Source of the DNA: Carpediemonas membranifera BICM
Lineage: Eukaryota > Protista > Fornicata
Direction: 5' to 3'
DNA length: 64,000 nt
NCBI GenBank assembly: GCA_019828565.1
Contig: JAHDYR010000005.1
Coordinates: 1 to 64,000, forward strand
In this document: one piece after another, positions 1 through 10,900 of the stretch
Position numbering within the stretch: the stretch's first letter is position 1
Layout of the letters: each line of letters opens with the position of its first letter
Position numbers and translations under genes: made by a program
The notes under the pieces: model-generated
Seen by the model: the letters and a program-made list of their open reading frames with translations, nothing else
The model's database searches: none
Told to the model about the DNA's origin: nothing

Positions 1-71
1 ACATGTTAGAGATGGAACGGAGAACTGTTTACATAAAGTGCACTGCAGGTTGTGCAGGATAACCCATCACA
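1..71 (-). repeat. GyA 3' LTR (last 4 nt outside window)
   Basis: Identical to 4636-4706. Confidence 0.9.
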
Positions 72-91
72 CTTCCCCTCCGGAGGGCGAC

Positions 92-1480
92 CTAGCGGCG
101 TCCGCGAGTGCGGAACTTGCGCTTATAGCGGTCGAACAAAGGGCGCAGGTGCGGGTTGGTCTGGAGGTAATCGTCAAGGGCTGACAGCTGGTCGTAGTAG
201 GCGTTATACGGGATGTAACTGTCTTCAGAATCTTCGAGGCCCTGCCAATGGATAAGCATTTCGAGGCGGCCAGAGCGTTCGCGATGCCCGACGATGGACT
301 CGACAGGCTGTTCGTCCTGTTCGAACCCGACCAGGGTCTCAAGGTCCTTGAGCGACGTGTTATGGGCACGTTTGAACGGCACGAGGCGATCGGCATGTAC
401 GAGTAGCTCGGCCTTCGTGACCAGGTCCTGGAGGCGGTAGGTATTGGGGCTCTTCCCTTCCCCACCATGCGGACAGGGCCGCGAATAGGGGCGAGGATTT
501 TGGATGGAGTCTTCGTGGGGTAGCGTACGAGGACGAGTTCCTGGTCTTTCCAGGGGAACTCTAGAGTGTTGGCAGAGGAGGCCTTGGACTGCTCGTACGC
601 CTCGATGCGCTGGCGGGCGAGGTCCTGAACCGCTTTCACGTCGGATTGGAATTTCTTGATTGCGGCTTGGGTTCTCTGGGAGGTGAGGTTGAGGAGTTGA
701 ATCGCGTCTTCAAGCTGGTTGTCCGACAGAGTGGTGAGTCTGGTAGTTGAGCCGAAGAGGATCTCGAACGGCGAAAACCCGGTGGTGGCGTGGGTGGATG
801 AGTTGACGACGTGTTGGACGAATGGTATCAGGTCGACCCAGTCGGTTGACTTAGCGTCGATCAGCAGTGCGCGGAGGCGGCGCATGATAGTTCCGTTGGT
901 CCGCTCGACGATGCCGTTGGACTGTGGATGGTATGCCGTGCTGAAGCGGTGGTTGAGTGTGAGGTGTCGGTTGAGCTCGGCGATGAAGGCGTTGCGGAAC
1001 TGAGATCCTTGGTCTGTCTGAATCTGCTTGGGCAGTCCGAACTGAGCCCATAGGTGGAGCATGGCAGTTGCGGCTTCCGCGGCTGAAGTGCTCTTGGTAG
1101 GATGGAGGAGCACGTATTTCGAAAATGTATCGATGAAGACGACGATATGGGCGAACCCATCGCAGTTAGGCAGGGGCCCGATCGTGTCGATCTGCACGGA
1201 CTCGAATGGGGACAGGGTCTGGGTGGAGTGCCAGGGGTTGAGGTCTTCTTGTGGGCCTTCAGCTTCTGGCAGACTGGGCAGGTGGCCACATAAGTGGCGA
1301 CGTCGTCGCGCATAGACTTCCAGGAGTGGCCGGCGGCCTTGAGGTTGCGGATCGTCTGGTCGACCGCGACGTGTGCGAACTTCCCAGCATGCGCCTGGAC
1401 GATGGTGTCGAGATGGTCGTCCGTCGTTGACTCGTCCGCGCTGGCGCGGACGGGGGCCTGGATAGGGCGTCGGCGACGAG
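92..1480 (-). CDS. GyA integrase + chromodomain, split over three frames (861-1541, 67-1197, 92-382)
   Basis: HAGKFAH..CPVC zinc finger, QIDTIG/QTDQG/GIVERTN DDE core, RGPVR motif, PVESIVGHR..LIHWQG chromodomain. Confidence 0.9.
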
Positions 1481-4400
1481 GTTTGACGAGCCCGGAATGT
1501 GCCGGATCTCGAACGGGTATTCTGAGAGGATTAGGCGCCACCTTGTCAGCTTCCGGGTGCCCTCCTCTGATTTCATCAACAGCCAGACCAAGTTCCGGTG
1601 GTCTGTTGAGATTGAGAATGGCTTGAGCTTGAGCAGGCTACTGAACTCGGGGCGGGTGACACAGAAGACGATTGCGTACAGCTCCTGCTCGACAGTAGCC
1701 CATCGGCGTTGGGTGTCCGTGAAGGTTTTGGAGAAGAAGGCGAGAGGACGTTTGGTGCCGTCCTTATGCTGCCAGAGGACGCCGCCCAAGGCGATCGTGG
1801 AGGCGTCCGTCTCGAGGGTCCATGTGGCGTTGAGGTCCGGGAGGGCCAGGGCCTCGTGGCTGGTGGACAGTTCCTTCATACGGGCGAAGGCCCTGTCATG
1901 CTGCTCAGTCCAAGGAAGCTTGTCGCTGCCCTTGGGTGACCCTTTCAGGAGGTCGTTCAGCGGGCCGGTGGATTCGGCAGCTGCGGCGGCGAGAGTGGGG
2001 ATGTAGGCGGCAAGGTGGTTGAACTTCCCCATGGTCCGGCGGAGTTCTGTGACGGTCGTCGGGGGCTGCAGGTTAAGGATGGCGTCCACGCGGGACTGGG
2101 CGATGGAGCGGCCACGCGCGTCGATCACGAACCCGCATACTTCGACCTGGTTAGCGCCGATCACGCACTTGTCCGCGCGAAGACGCAGGTTACAGTCGTC
2201 GAGGCGTTCGAGGGTCGTTCTGAGAGTTGAAAGGAAGTCGTCTTGACTGCGGGCGAAGAGGAAGATGTCGTCTATGTAGACTCTGACACCGGGGATGCCC
2301 TCCAAAAGCGACTCCATGGCCCTTTGGAACTTCGCGGGGGCGTTAGTGAGGCCAAAGGGTACGCGCAAAAACTCATAGTGGTGACCTGGGACCGAGAAGG
2401 CGGTCAGGGGGATCGAGGCGGGGTCGACCCGTTGTTGCCAGTATGAGGTGCGGAGATCAAGGCTCGCGAAATAAGAGCATCCGCTGGCCTCGTGTGGGAG
2501 CTCGCGAAGGTCCGGGAGGGGAAATGCGTCCGGAACGGTCACGTCGTTCAGTGCGTTGTAGGCTACACAGAACCGGGGGTCTCCATTTTTCTTGGTTGCC
2601 ATGGTGTGGGGGGACGCATACGAGGATTTCGAGTCCCGGATGATGCCTAGACGGCGCATCTTCTCGATCTCGGCTTGTGCAGCCGAGCCGGGGGTCCCAA
2701 CAAGGGGGCGGGGCCTGCACTTGATCGGCGTCGAAGACGTGAGTTCGATCACATGCGGCTCCAGGTCGCTTCCTTCCGGGTGTAGCGTCGCGTTGAACAG
2801 GCGAGGTCGTTCTGCCACTATAGCACGGACCAGAGATTGGAACTCGGGCCCGTGGTCGTCTGGCACCGTAACGGAGAGGTACTCGTCGTCTGTCGACACC
2901 TCCACCAGGTCGGCGTCCAACATGTGGTGGTCCTCAAGGTCGTCTGGATCGCCCATTGAGGCGGGCATGATGACCAGGCGGTCGTTGGCGATGTACCCAA
3001 GGTGGGCAAGAAGGTCCTTACCAACGAGGACTCGTCCGCTGTCACCCTTGATGACGTGGAGGGGCCAGACGGTCGTAACAGGGCGTCCGTCTACGCTAGG
3101 GAGCGTGATGGCGGCGACAGCGCGCTTACCAGTGGAGATGGTCTTGTTCTCGGCAGATGTGATCACAAGGCTCGAGTCTTCGGTTGAAAGAGCAAGCTCT
3201 TCGGCCTTGGCTGCAGAGATGGTGCAAACATCGGCTCCCGTATCAAGTTTCCCGTTACAAGGAGTTCCATCGATGTTCACCGTGGTGTTGATCGGAACAG
3301 AGGTGGTGTGAACCTCATCGGCAGAAGCTGCCTTCTTCTGGAGGTATATGCAGTTTTCTGTCGTGTGTGTGGAGTTGTAGCCGTGGTGCTTGCAGAAGTT
3401 GGAGAACCGCTCGGGGATTCGGAACTTCTTGCGGTCCTTAAACTGCGCGTAGCGGTCGCCGGAATCGAGCAGCCGGGGCTCCGGGAGGTCGTTGGCGTCG
3501 CTGCGGTCCTGGCTGTCCTCTCGGGCGGATGTCTCGGGCTTCTGCGGAGTGTCGGGCCGGCCATCGCGAGCGTGACGTGGCTTCTTGGGAGGCTTCGAAG
3601 GTGTCGAAGCCTCCTTGAACGCGCGCCAGGGTATCACGACGTTGCCCTCGTGGTCCACGGCGAGATCGCGGAGGGCTGCGATGCATTCGGCGGTGGTGCG
3701 GCGCTGGCCGTCAGCATCCGTCTCGACCAGGGCTTTGTACAGTGTCTTTGCGGCGCTGGTGTATCCTTCGAGGGCGAAACCAGCAACGATGTCACGCGTG
3801 GTGCTCTCGGGGAGGCGTGCGTAGTTGGTTGCGTCGACGTCCGGGTTGAAGGCGTTGAGGAGGTTCTCGACCTTGCTGAGCGCGAGCCTGTGCTGCGCCG
3901 AGGGGCCGAATAGAGTGGGGTGGGACGAGCTTGCAAGGGCAGCAAGCCGGGTGCCCCTGTCCGTGGAAGGCATCAGGGCTAAGTATAGGTGAGGGAGAAT
4001 GGTCTCGGCCTCAGCAGCGAGGCGTTGGCGGAGGCTGGAGGTGTCTGCCACAGGGACCGAGGAGGGCAGACCCTCGTTCGCCGAACTAACGAAGTCCGCG
4101 CTGCGCGAGGGCTCGTCATCGAGCGGGTTGGCCAGGCAGGTGTAGGTCAGGAGGGAGATGGGTTGGCCTGGATCGGCCCGGAGGAGGGATGCGGTGTCCT
4201 GTAGCTCTTCCATAGTGTCGTCGAACAGGGCTTGGGCCCTGCGGAACGCAGGCTTCGTAAGGCTCGAGCCCTTGTACCGCGCCTCGGCGGCCGCGCAGAG
4301 GAGGAATAGGTCATCCTCCAGAAGGGCCTTGATCGCCCGGAGGCGCTTCGAGATGAGGTGGGAACGCGGGGAGAATGCCGGTTCCCCTGCATCGCGTTTG

Positions 4401-4639
4401 CTTCCCTCGGTGTCGCTAATGAGGGATTTGGTGAGCTCTTCGAACGTCGGGAACGCTTCCGAATGGCGCCATGAAGCCTTAATGAGTTCAAGGCTCTTGG
4501 CCGTGAGGCAGTTGAAGAACGAGCGCGGATGCTTCACGTTCAGGACCTCACGGGCCCACTTTTCGTGAGCGGCGTGGAGCGTCTTGGCGTCTGAAACGCT
4601 CTGGATAGTGTGAGCATCAGAATATCGATATTGTGACAT
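1259..4639 (-). CDS. GyA gag-protease-RT-RNase H polyprotein
   Basis: CKHHGYNSTHTTENC knuckle, LDTGAD protease, LDLRTSYWQ / PFGLTNAP / YIDD RT, TDAS..EQEL..TDH..ADALSR RNase H; frameshift near 1480. Confidence 0.95.
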   Translation of the reverse strand: MSQYRYSDAHTIQSVSDAKTLHAAHEKWAREVLNVKHPRSFFNCLTAKSLELIKASWRHSEAFPTFEELTKSLISDTEGSKRDAGEPAFSPRSHLISKRLRAIKALLEDDLFLLCAAAEARYKGSSLTKPAFRRAQALFDDTMEELQDTASLLRADPGQPISLLTYTCLANPLDDEPSRSADFVSSANEGLPSSVPVADTSSLRQRLAAEAETILPHLYLALMPSTDRGTRLAALASSSHPTLFGPSAQHRLALSKVENLLNAFNPDVDATNYARLPESTTRDIVAGFALEGYTSAAKTLYKALVETDADGQRRTTAECIAALRDLAVDHEGNVVIPWRAFKEASTPSKPPKKPRHARDGRPDTPQKPETSAREDSQDRSDANDLPEPRLLDSGDRYAQFKDRKKFRIPERFSNFCKHHGYNSTHTTENCIYLQKKAASADEVHTTSVPINTTVNIDGTPCNGKLDTGADVCTISAAKAEELALSTEDSSLVITSAENKTISTGKRAVAAITLPSVDGRPVTTVWPLHVIKGDSGRVLVGKDLLAHLGYIANDRLVIMPASMGDPDDLEDHHMLDADLVEVSTDDEYLSVTVPDDHGPEFQSLVRAIVAERPRLFNATLHPEGSDLEPHVIELTSSTPIKCRPRPLVGTPGSAAQAEIEKMRRLGIIRDSKSSYASPHTMATKKNGDPRFCVAYNALNDVTVPDAFPLPDLRELPHEASGCSYFASLDLRTSYWQQRVDPASIPLTAFSVPGHHYEFLRVPFGLTNAPAKFQRAMESLLEGIPGVRVYIDDIFLFARSQDDFLSTLRTTLERLDDCNLRLRADKCVIGANQVEVCGFVIDARGRSIAQSRVDAILNLQPPTTVTELRRTMGKFNHLAAYIPTLAAAAAESTGPLNDLLKGSPKGSDKLPWTEQHDRAFARMKELSTSHEALALPDLNATWTLETDASTIALGGVLWQHKDGTKRPLAFFSKTFTDTQRRWATVEQELYAIVFCVTRPEFSSLLKLKPFSISTDHRNLVWLLMKSEEGTRKLTRWRLILSEYPFEIRHIPGSSNLVADALSRPPSAPARTSQRRTTISTPSSRRMLGSSHTSRSTRRSATSRPPATPGSLCATTSPLMWPPAQSARS

Positions 4640-4706
4640 GTTAGAGATGGAACGGAGAACTGTTTACATAAAGTGCACTGCAGGTTGTGCAGGATAACCC
4701 ATCACA
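4632..4706 (-). repeat. GyA 5' LTR, 75 bp, TGTGA...TCACA
   Basis: TG..CA ends with 5-bp terminal inverted repeat; contains the gag ATG (4639). Confidence 0.9.
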
Positions 4707-5077
4707 GAGGGCCCATGCGACGGGTCAGTGCGGTTAAGCAAGATGGCGTGACGGTCGCCTATGAAGTTCAGGACCTCAACCAGGGAAGCCAAGGCAAGAT
4801 ATTGAAGGTCGACGCCTCGCGCGTACGCAGATTTAACCCTGGCAATCTATCCGAGCGAGAGATCAAGGACTTGGCCGCCACGGCGAACGATGAGTGGGAA
4901 GTGGACCGTATTTCCAAATCGCGAGGGAACGGAACACGAACCAAACGCGAATACCGCGTTCACTGGTCTGGTTTCGAGGACGAGGAGGCGACATGGCAGG
5001 ATTGGGACTCCGTCAAGGACCTGGAAGCATTAGATATATATTTGAAGTCTGACCAAGCCAAACTGGACGGTCTATAA
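4707..5077 (+). CDS. GyD integrase C-terminus with canonical chromodomain
   Basis: EWEVDRI..EYRVHWSGFEDEEATW; ORF N-terminus 4673-4706 is GyA LTR read-through. Confidence 0.85.
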
Positions 5078-5119
5078 ATCTTCACCACATCTAATCGCTC
5101 CAGCGTCAAGTCATCAGAT

Positions 5120-6199
5120 TTATTCGTCGTCCGACTCCTCGGTATCGGTCAGCTCGACCAACCAAGACGCGTCAGCGTGGCGCTCAAGATCGTGCTCAGC
5201 AAGATAGTCGCGCACACAACGGACGAGACCGAGATCGGCGTTCAGCCAGACGATGCTGAGGCCAGAGTAACCCTCATACTGGAGTATGAGAGCGAAGGTC
5301 CCAGGTCCACGAGTCGTTTTGAGGAATTCATGACGGACAACACACGTCACGGTGTAGTAACGGTCCGGGTCCGAGACCTGAATAGGCTCCCAGTGGACCT
5401 CGTCACCGATCGCAGGCAGGTGACCCTCGCGACACAGCTCGTCGACCAGGGTCGCCCAGAAGGCGCTGGGAGCTGAGATGCAGCGGCTGATCCCGAAGAG
5501 TGCCACTCGGAAGTAATCGGGCGAGAGGACGAGGATCAGCAGGCGGTTGAGGTATCCGCGAGCCGTGGTATCCGACGTGACACCGGCAGCAGCGCGAACT
5601 GCGGCCACGAGCCCGGCAGAGTAGCGCCCACTACCGGTCAGGCTGATGTCGCCACTCCGGAGGGCTGCTGAGACGATATCGCCATCAGTGAGCGTCGGGC
5701 ACAGCTTGATCTTGAGGTGGGTCACCACCCCAGCGAGAGCGAACTGGCAGTAAGCCACGAGGTTAAGAATCTGGCGAGACTTCTTAACATCGGTGACTAC
5801 CGCGGCGTCGTGGAGGCGACCCTGCTCAATGGCGTCGAAGATACGCTGAAGAGGCATTTCAATCGAGTTGCTGTAGCCATTCAGGCGCCGGGAGACCTCA
5901 GCTCTGATGTCGCGGGAAGATTCATAGATGCCGTCACGGGTCGAGTAACACGCTCTGCGGCTTGTACACGGTGCCTGGATGAGTGGTTGATTGATATTTG
6001 TTACTTACAGGTTACCGGAGGCCAAGCGCTTGCGCTGAGTACGTGTTTGAGCACGAAGAGAACGACAGACGGCGGAATGAGCGGAAACAAGAGGCTTAGT
6101 GAGTTCCTCGTCACCAATTTCGGCGATTTTAGCGCGAATAGTATCCAGAATTGCTTCTACGGCGGCGTTGTCCGACATCAACTGAGTTGACGGCGACAT
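5120..6199 (-). CDS. Antisense accessory gene in GyD, probably two exons, with C-terminal chromodomain-like region
   Basis: Frame open from ~5974 to 5120; YTVTCVVRH..LILQYEGYS..W..VRDYL; GTAAGT donor at 6008, CAG acceptors at 5975 or 5955; upstream ORF 6005-6199. Confidence 0.5.
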
Positions 6200-6936
6200 A
6201 TTCTGCACTTTTGGAACAATCGGTTTCAGGACGAAACCTAGAGCAGTAATAGGACGCCAAATCAAGCTAATTCATCTATTTACTAAGCGCTGTAGCCTAT
6301 TAGCTCCATCGGAAGCCGATTGATGTTGTTAATGAAGTACGAGCGCGCCAGGAAAAATGAAAGGCCCAAAACTCGCCAACGAAGGCCTTTTGGAGCCTCT
6401 TAATGCCTTTTTCGGCGTCTGCGTAAGTTTCAGCGCAAATGGTACAGTACTTCTTCTTATTCTTCTAGACGCCGAGATCAACCCTCGAATTACTTAGAAG
6501 CATGCGTAACACGTAATATTTTTCGAGACACGGCCATATGAGGCCGTGGAGGGGCAGGGATAAGCCTCTATGAATACGGGCGAACCCTAGCCGTCCGTTT
6601 GACTGTCATTGACGTCGGTAAGTTCGGACCCTATATGCGGTTCATGAGGGCGGCGAAGCCCTGGTAAGACCATCTTAACACGTAACATAGCAATTGCTTA
6701 CACAGTGGATCCACGTTATCATATACAGCTGTCGGGTTTTATTCCCATGTCACCGTTGGTGATACCATAATTCCGTATCGGAAGACCGCGGGTCGGGCGT
6801 TGCCCACTCCACTGCCAATGGAGTAGACCGTTGCATAGCTTGGGTGGCACCAAACAATAACACGGATGACCCTAGGCCAACCTAACCCCCGTAACTCGTT
6901 GAGTGTCATGCCTATTACCCAGGCATGGAGGGGCAG

Positions 6937-7048
6937 TGTGGTGGTCATAGACCACACTAATCATTTATACAGTTTAAGCCATTTATTGGCACAAGGGTTT
7001 TCTCTTCTTCTTTCCCTGTAAAAGCATTCTCCGCATTAGCGAGGCACA
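6937..7048 (+). repeat. GyD 3' LTR, 112 bp
   Basis: Follows PPT; TGTG..CACA; shares CAGTTTAAG with GyC LTR; partner LTR outside window. Confidence 0.7.
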
Positions 7049-7605
7049 GGCCGATCTGCTCATGCTAGCGGCAACGTCAGCTGATGGAACGCCCCTCCAC
7101 GGCGATATGATCGTCGATGTGGTCGTCTCACAGTCGATCAAGGATGGGATCCGTGACAAGGCCGCTCAGTTCTCGAGGTTCGACTGCGAGCTCATCGCGG
7201 CCAGCTGTGACCTCGTTGGCAACACGAGAGCTGACCCCGAGGACCGCAAGTCGTGCTGGGTGTGGCGTCTGTGCGAGAGGCTCGGTCTGAGCGCGGAGGT
7301 CCGTCGGGACCTGCGCAGTCGGGTCGTCTTGGCTGTGTGGGCTGGGAACGCGGCGGTCATCCGTGACTACCGCGAGCAGTGCCGCGTGGCACAGCTCTAA
7401 CTGTGGTGTGCCCTTCGCGTGTGAGAGAGGCGTCGTAGTCGAGCCAGTCGAGACATCCGAGATTTTTGCACATGTGCAAAATTTCGATTTCGAAAGCGAC
7501 CCCGCCGAGGCTTACGACTCCGACTACATAACCCACGAGCTCTACTAGGGACCCCCACCTGCTGACCCTCTGCGCGCGGTAAGAACGTTCTTTCAGATGA
7601 TTAAA
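7049..7605 (+). mobile_element. CRE-clade non-LTR element copy 1, 3' end (interrupted by GyD)
   Basis: Near identical to ~11065-11624. Confidence 0.9.
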
Positions 7606-7619
7606 GGGCGTGTAGCTCA
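7606..7619 (+). repeat. Target-site duplication = first 14 nt of tRNA-Ala (GGGCGTGTAGCTCA)
   Basis: Identical to 11625-11638. Confidence 0.9.
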
Positions 7620-7996
7620 TGAAGTTTGCCAAAAGCGCAATCCAGGACGCTTTAGCTTCCGGAGGCGTTGTAAGCACCCTTCAAGAGCCGTCAGACGCGA
7701 TTTTCGCGTTCCTCCGTGCGACTTTGCTTCGATATGTGCCGCCGTCGCTAATGCGGGAACATGCGTCGACAAGACAGCGTTTCAAACGAGCATTGTGCTC
7801 GAAGAACGTTATCTCGATGCTATTTACTGCTGATGCCAGCGCTAAGAGCAAGCGTTTCAACGTCGCCGTCGCGAACGAAATCGTGTACTTCCTGTCGCCG
7901 CTATTCAACGCTCATCCTGTCCTGTTCGACAAAAGGACTCCATTGACCGGATATCCGCTGGTCTGGAGCGCATCTGCCTTCACGTTGAACAGATGA
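7619..7996 (+). CDS. CRE upstream ORF, 125 aa, unknown function
   Basis: ATG formed at the TSD junction; stop overlaps ORF2 start (ATGA). Confidence 0.4.
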   Translation: MKFAKSAIQDALASGGVVSTLQEPSDAIFAFLRATLLRYVPPSLMREHASTRQRFKRALCSKNVISMLFTADASAKSKRFNVAVANEIVYFLSPLFNAHPVLFDKRTPLTGYPLVWSASAFTLNR

Positions 7997-10900
7997 AGCT
8001 TTCTCCGACATCTCTTCGTCTCCTTATTCTCAAGCTCGACACGCGAGTGCTGCTGGACTCCTCTGGCACACAGAGCGTTCTTCATGAGAGTAAAAGAGAC
8101 GATTTGATCGACGAGTTGCTTTCCATGGGGTGCCCAATCAACACAATGGGCCTCCTGCCGTCGGATAGTCCGACTGATGCCAGCGGAACTCAGGCCGAAC
8201 CGGTTAGTGTGCCCCAGGAGGCATCGTTGGCCGTGCCGGACTCCCCGCCGTCCGTTCCCGCCGAGTTGGCCGGGCCGGAGAATGCCTCGCCCAGCCCGTC
8301 TCAGACGAGGCCAGCCGCAGTGATTGTGCGCTCTCCGGAGCCACCACGTGCAGGCGGCCAGACATCTGAGGCGGGTGGTGCCGTTGCCCTGGTCGACAGA
8401 GTTGTAGGTGTTGAGTCACCTTACGGCACCGGGGGCGAGGCCTCTAGTCAGGATACCTCGGCACCCACGCAACCGAGCTCGAGCTCGGACAGCAGCCCTG
8501 CTGCTGTCATCAGGGCCACCTTTGACGAGTGGGTCCCCGACGCCATGCGCGCCGACCACTGGACCACTCCAGAGCAGGTGACGGCCACCCTGTGCGACCC
8601 AGCCCTCGTCCGGGCCCTTATGGACGAGTCCAACCGTGGGTCGGCCACGGGTCGATTCAGCCAGAGTCGGCTCCGGCAGCTCTGTGAGGCATTGAGGGGC
8701 TTTGTCCCCGAGACCGTCAGGTCGACACTGCCAGTCCTGCCCAACGGCGGTAGGATCTTCACCAAGCTGCCCCCGGTGGTTGCCAAGATCGCCCAGGCCT
8801 GCTTCGGGTCAGTCCCGCAGCCGGCGCCCCGGGTGACCTGGGTACCTGATGGGGCCGCACGCCAGCGCAGTGTCCCCGAGCCGTTCTTGCCAGCTCACAG
8901 CGCCATGTTTGTGGGGAAGTTGCTCCCCGCGAAGAGGGCCAGACTGGCATGGGCGAAGAGCTTTGTCGCGCTGCTCAATGAGTACGCCGCAGCCCCGGCC
9001 CACGGGAAGCCCGACGTTGTCCGCCGCATCTTGACCTTCGCGCAGGGTCTCTATGCTCCTCCGGAGCGGACCACCGAGCAGCCCCGGCTGAAAGCCAGTG
9101 CGCGCGCACTCAGGTTGGGACAACGAGGCTTCTATTCTCGCGCCACGCAAGCTCTCTCCGCCGGAGAGTTCGCTGGGGATCGCGCGTGGGTGGAGGCCAG
9201 GCTCTGTGAGAGCCAGGTGCAGCCGTCTGGTAGTCGGCTGGCAGCAGTGTCGGGTCCCGCGTCCACACTGAACCACTGCCAAATGACTGTCCCTGCGGTG
9301 AAGAAGGCACTTAAGAGCCTCAACGCCGAGTCCGCACCGGGTCCTTCAGGCCTATCTTACCTTCATCTGAAGGCGATGGGCCGGGCCATCGGGTGGAATG
9401 AACTCGCCGCGGCTCTTGTGCCCCTGCTCGAGGATATGCTCGAGGGCGTCGCCTGCCTGGAGCCATTTTCCCACTGCATCCTTGTGCCGATCCCGAAGAA
9501 GGATGGCAAGCCGCGCCCCGTCTCAATAGGCGACAGCCTTCGTCGTCTCGCAGCGAAGGTGGCAGTTCGTCAGGCTGCTGCCCGGCTGCGGGACGACAAG
9601 GCGTTGCCGGGTCAGTATGGCCTCGGCGAGAAGTGCGGGCTCGAGGAGCTAACCAATCTTGTGAGGGAGCATCATCGTGGCGGCGGTCAGGTGATCGCTT
9701 TGGATCTTACCAACGCATATGGATGCATGAGTAGATCTCACCTTCGCGATGCGACAGCTGCATACTGCCCGTCGCTTTCCGAGTACCTCGAACTGATGTT
9801 GCTTAATCCAATGCTGTTCTCAGCAACCGGGATGGTCCTCAGATCACTCGAAGGAATTCCGCAAGGGGATCCTACGAGCCCGCTGCTGTTCAGTTGCGGC
9901 ATGAAGCCCCTTTTGGACGATCTTCGGACCGAGTTTCCAAACTACGCATTTTATGCCTATCAGGATGATGTCTACTGCCTGATGCCCAAGGACGCTACAG
10001 AGAGTGAGACGAACACGGTCATCATGACCGCGACGTCCAATTTCGCCAGAGTCGGGTTGAAGGTCAACGAGAAGAAGACTGTCATCGCCGGGCTGGGCCT
10101 AGTGGCCAGTGAATCCTCGCTTGCGCCGCGCGGCGAGGCTTTCAAGGTCCTGGGCACGCCGGTGGGGCCGGCTGCGTACGTCAAGGAGCAGGTCTGCAGG
10201 CAGTTCGAAGGCGTCAGCGAGCAGGCTGGACGCGTGAGCGACATGGTGGCAGACGTAGGGCCCACGTCTATCATCGTCGCTAACAACATGACGCGTGCGT
10301 GCCTGCTGCCCAAACTGTCGCACCTCTACCGCAATGTGTGCCCGACGTCCGACCTCGTCGGCGTTGGGCGTCGCTTTGAGGAGGAGACGCTCGTTCCATT
10401 GCTCTCCAACCTCGTTGGTGCCGATGCAGTGATTGGTACGCTCGAAAGAGCGGGCCTTAGCATCACGCAGGGAGGTCTTGGATGGGGAATTCCGTCCATC
10501 GTGTGGCCGGCGGCATATCTCGGTGCCGTGAAGCAGCTCTTTGACCAAAAACATCTCACCGAACGTGCCCAATGAGGCATTTCAGGCGGTTGGTGCTGCT
10601 GGTGGTCCGCAGGACGTGGATGCCCTGAAGAAGTGGAAGACTTCGACTCCGCAGTTTGAACTGACGACGAAAGTGCGGGAGTTCAAGCAGAAGGAGCTTA
10701 CGGCGAAGAGATCGTTTATTTCTGAGCCTTATGTGCGTGCAGTGTCCACATTGACGCCGTTCGATCCCGTTCTTTCGGGTTCCGATTTGGCAACTGCAAT
10801 TCTCCGCCTACACCTGTCTCTTGACCCCTACGTGATAGACAAAGCCAAACCATGCCCCCTGTGCGGCAGATCTGTTGCGGATTGGTCTCATGGACTCTCT

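Larger units (their letters stand above)
1..4706 (-). mobile_element. Ty3/Gypsy chromovirus-like LTR retrotransposon GyA, nearly full length (3' LTR clipped by window edge), inserted in GyD integrase
   Basis: Direct repeats 1-71 and 4636-4706; PPT GGAGGGGAAG (72-81, minus) abuts 3' LTR; gag-PR-RT-RH-IN-chromo order. Confidence 0.95.
4707..7048 (+). mobile_element. 3' part of Gypsy chromovirus GyD (integrase tail, antisense gene, 3' LTR), itself inserted in a CRE copy
   Basis: RGPMR + chromodomain, PPT GGAGGGGCAG 6927-6936, TGTG..CACA 6937-7048, after which CRE sequence resumes mid-ORF. Confidence 0.75.

Noticed and set aside
7049-7605. 5'-truncated CRE insertion lacking a TSD
   Set aside because: Better explained by GyD insertion: a PPT-LTR ends exactly at 7048
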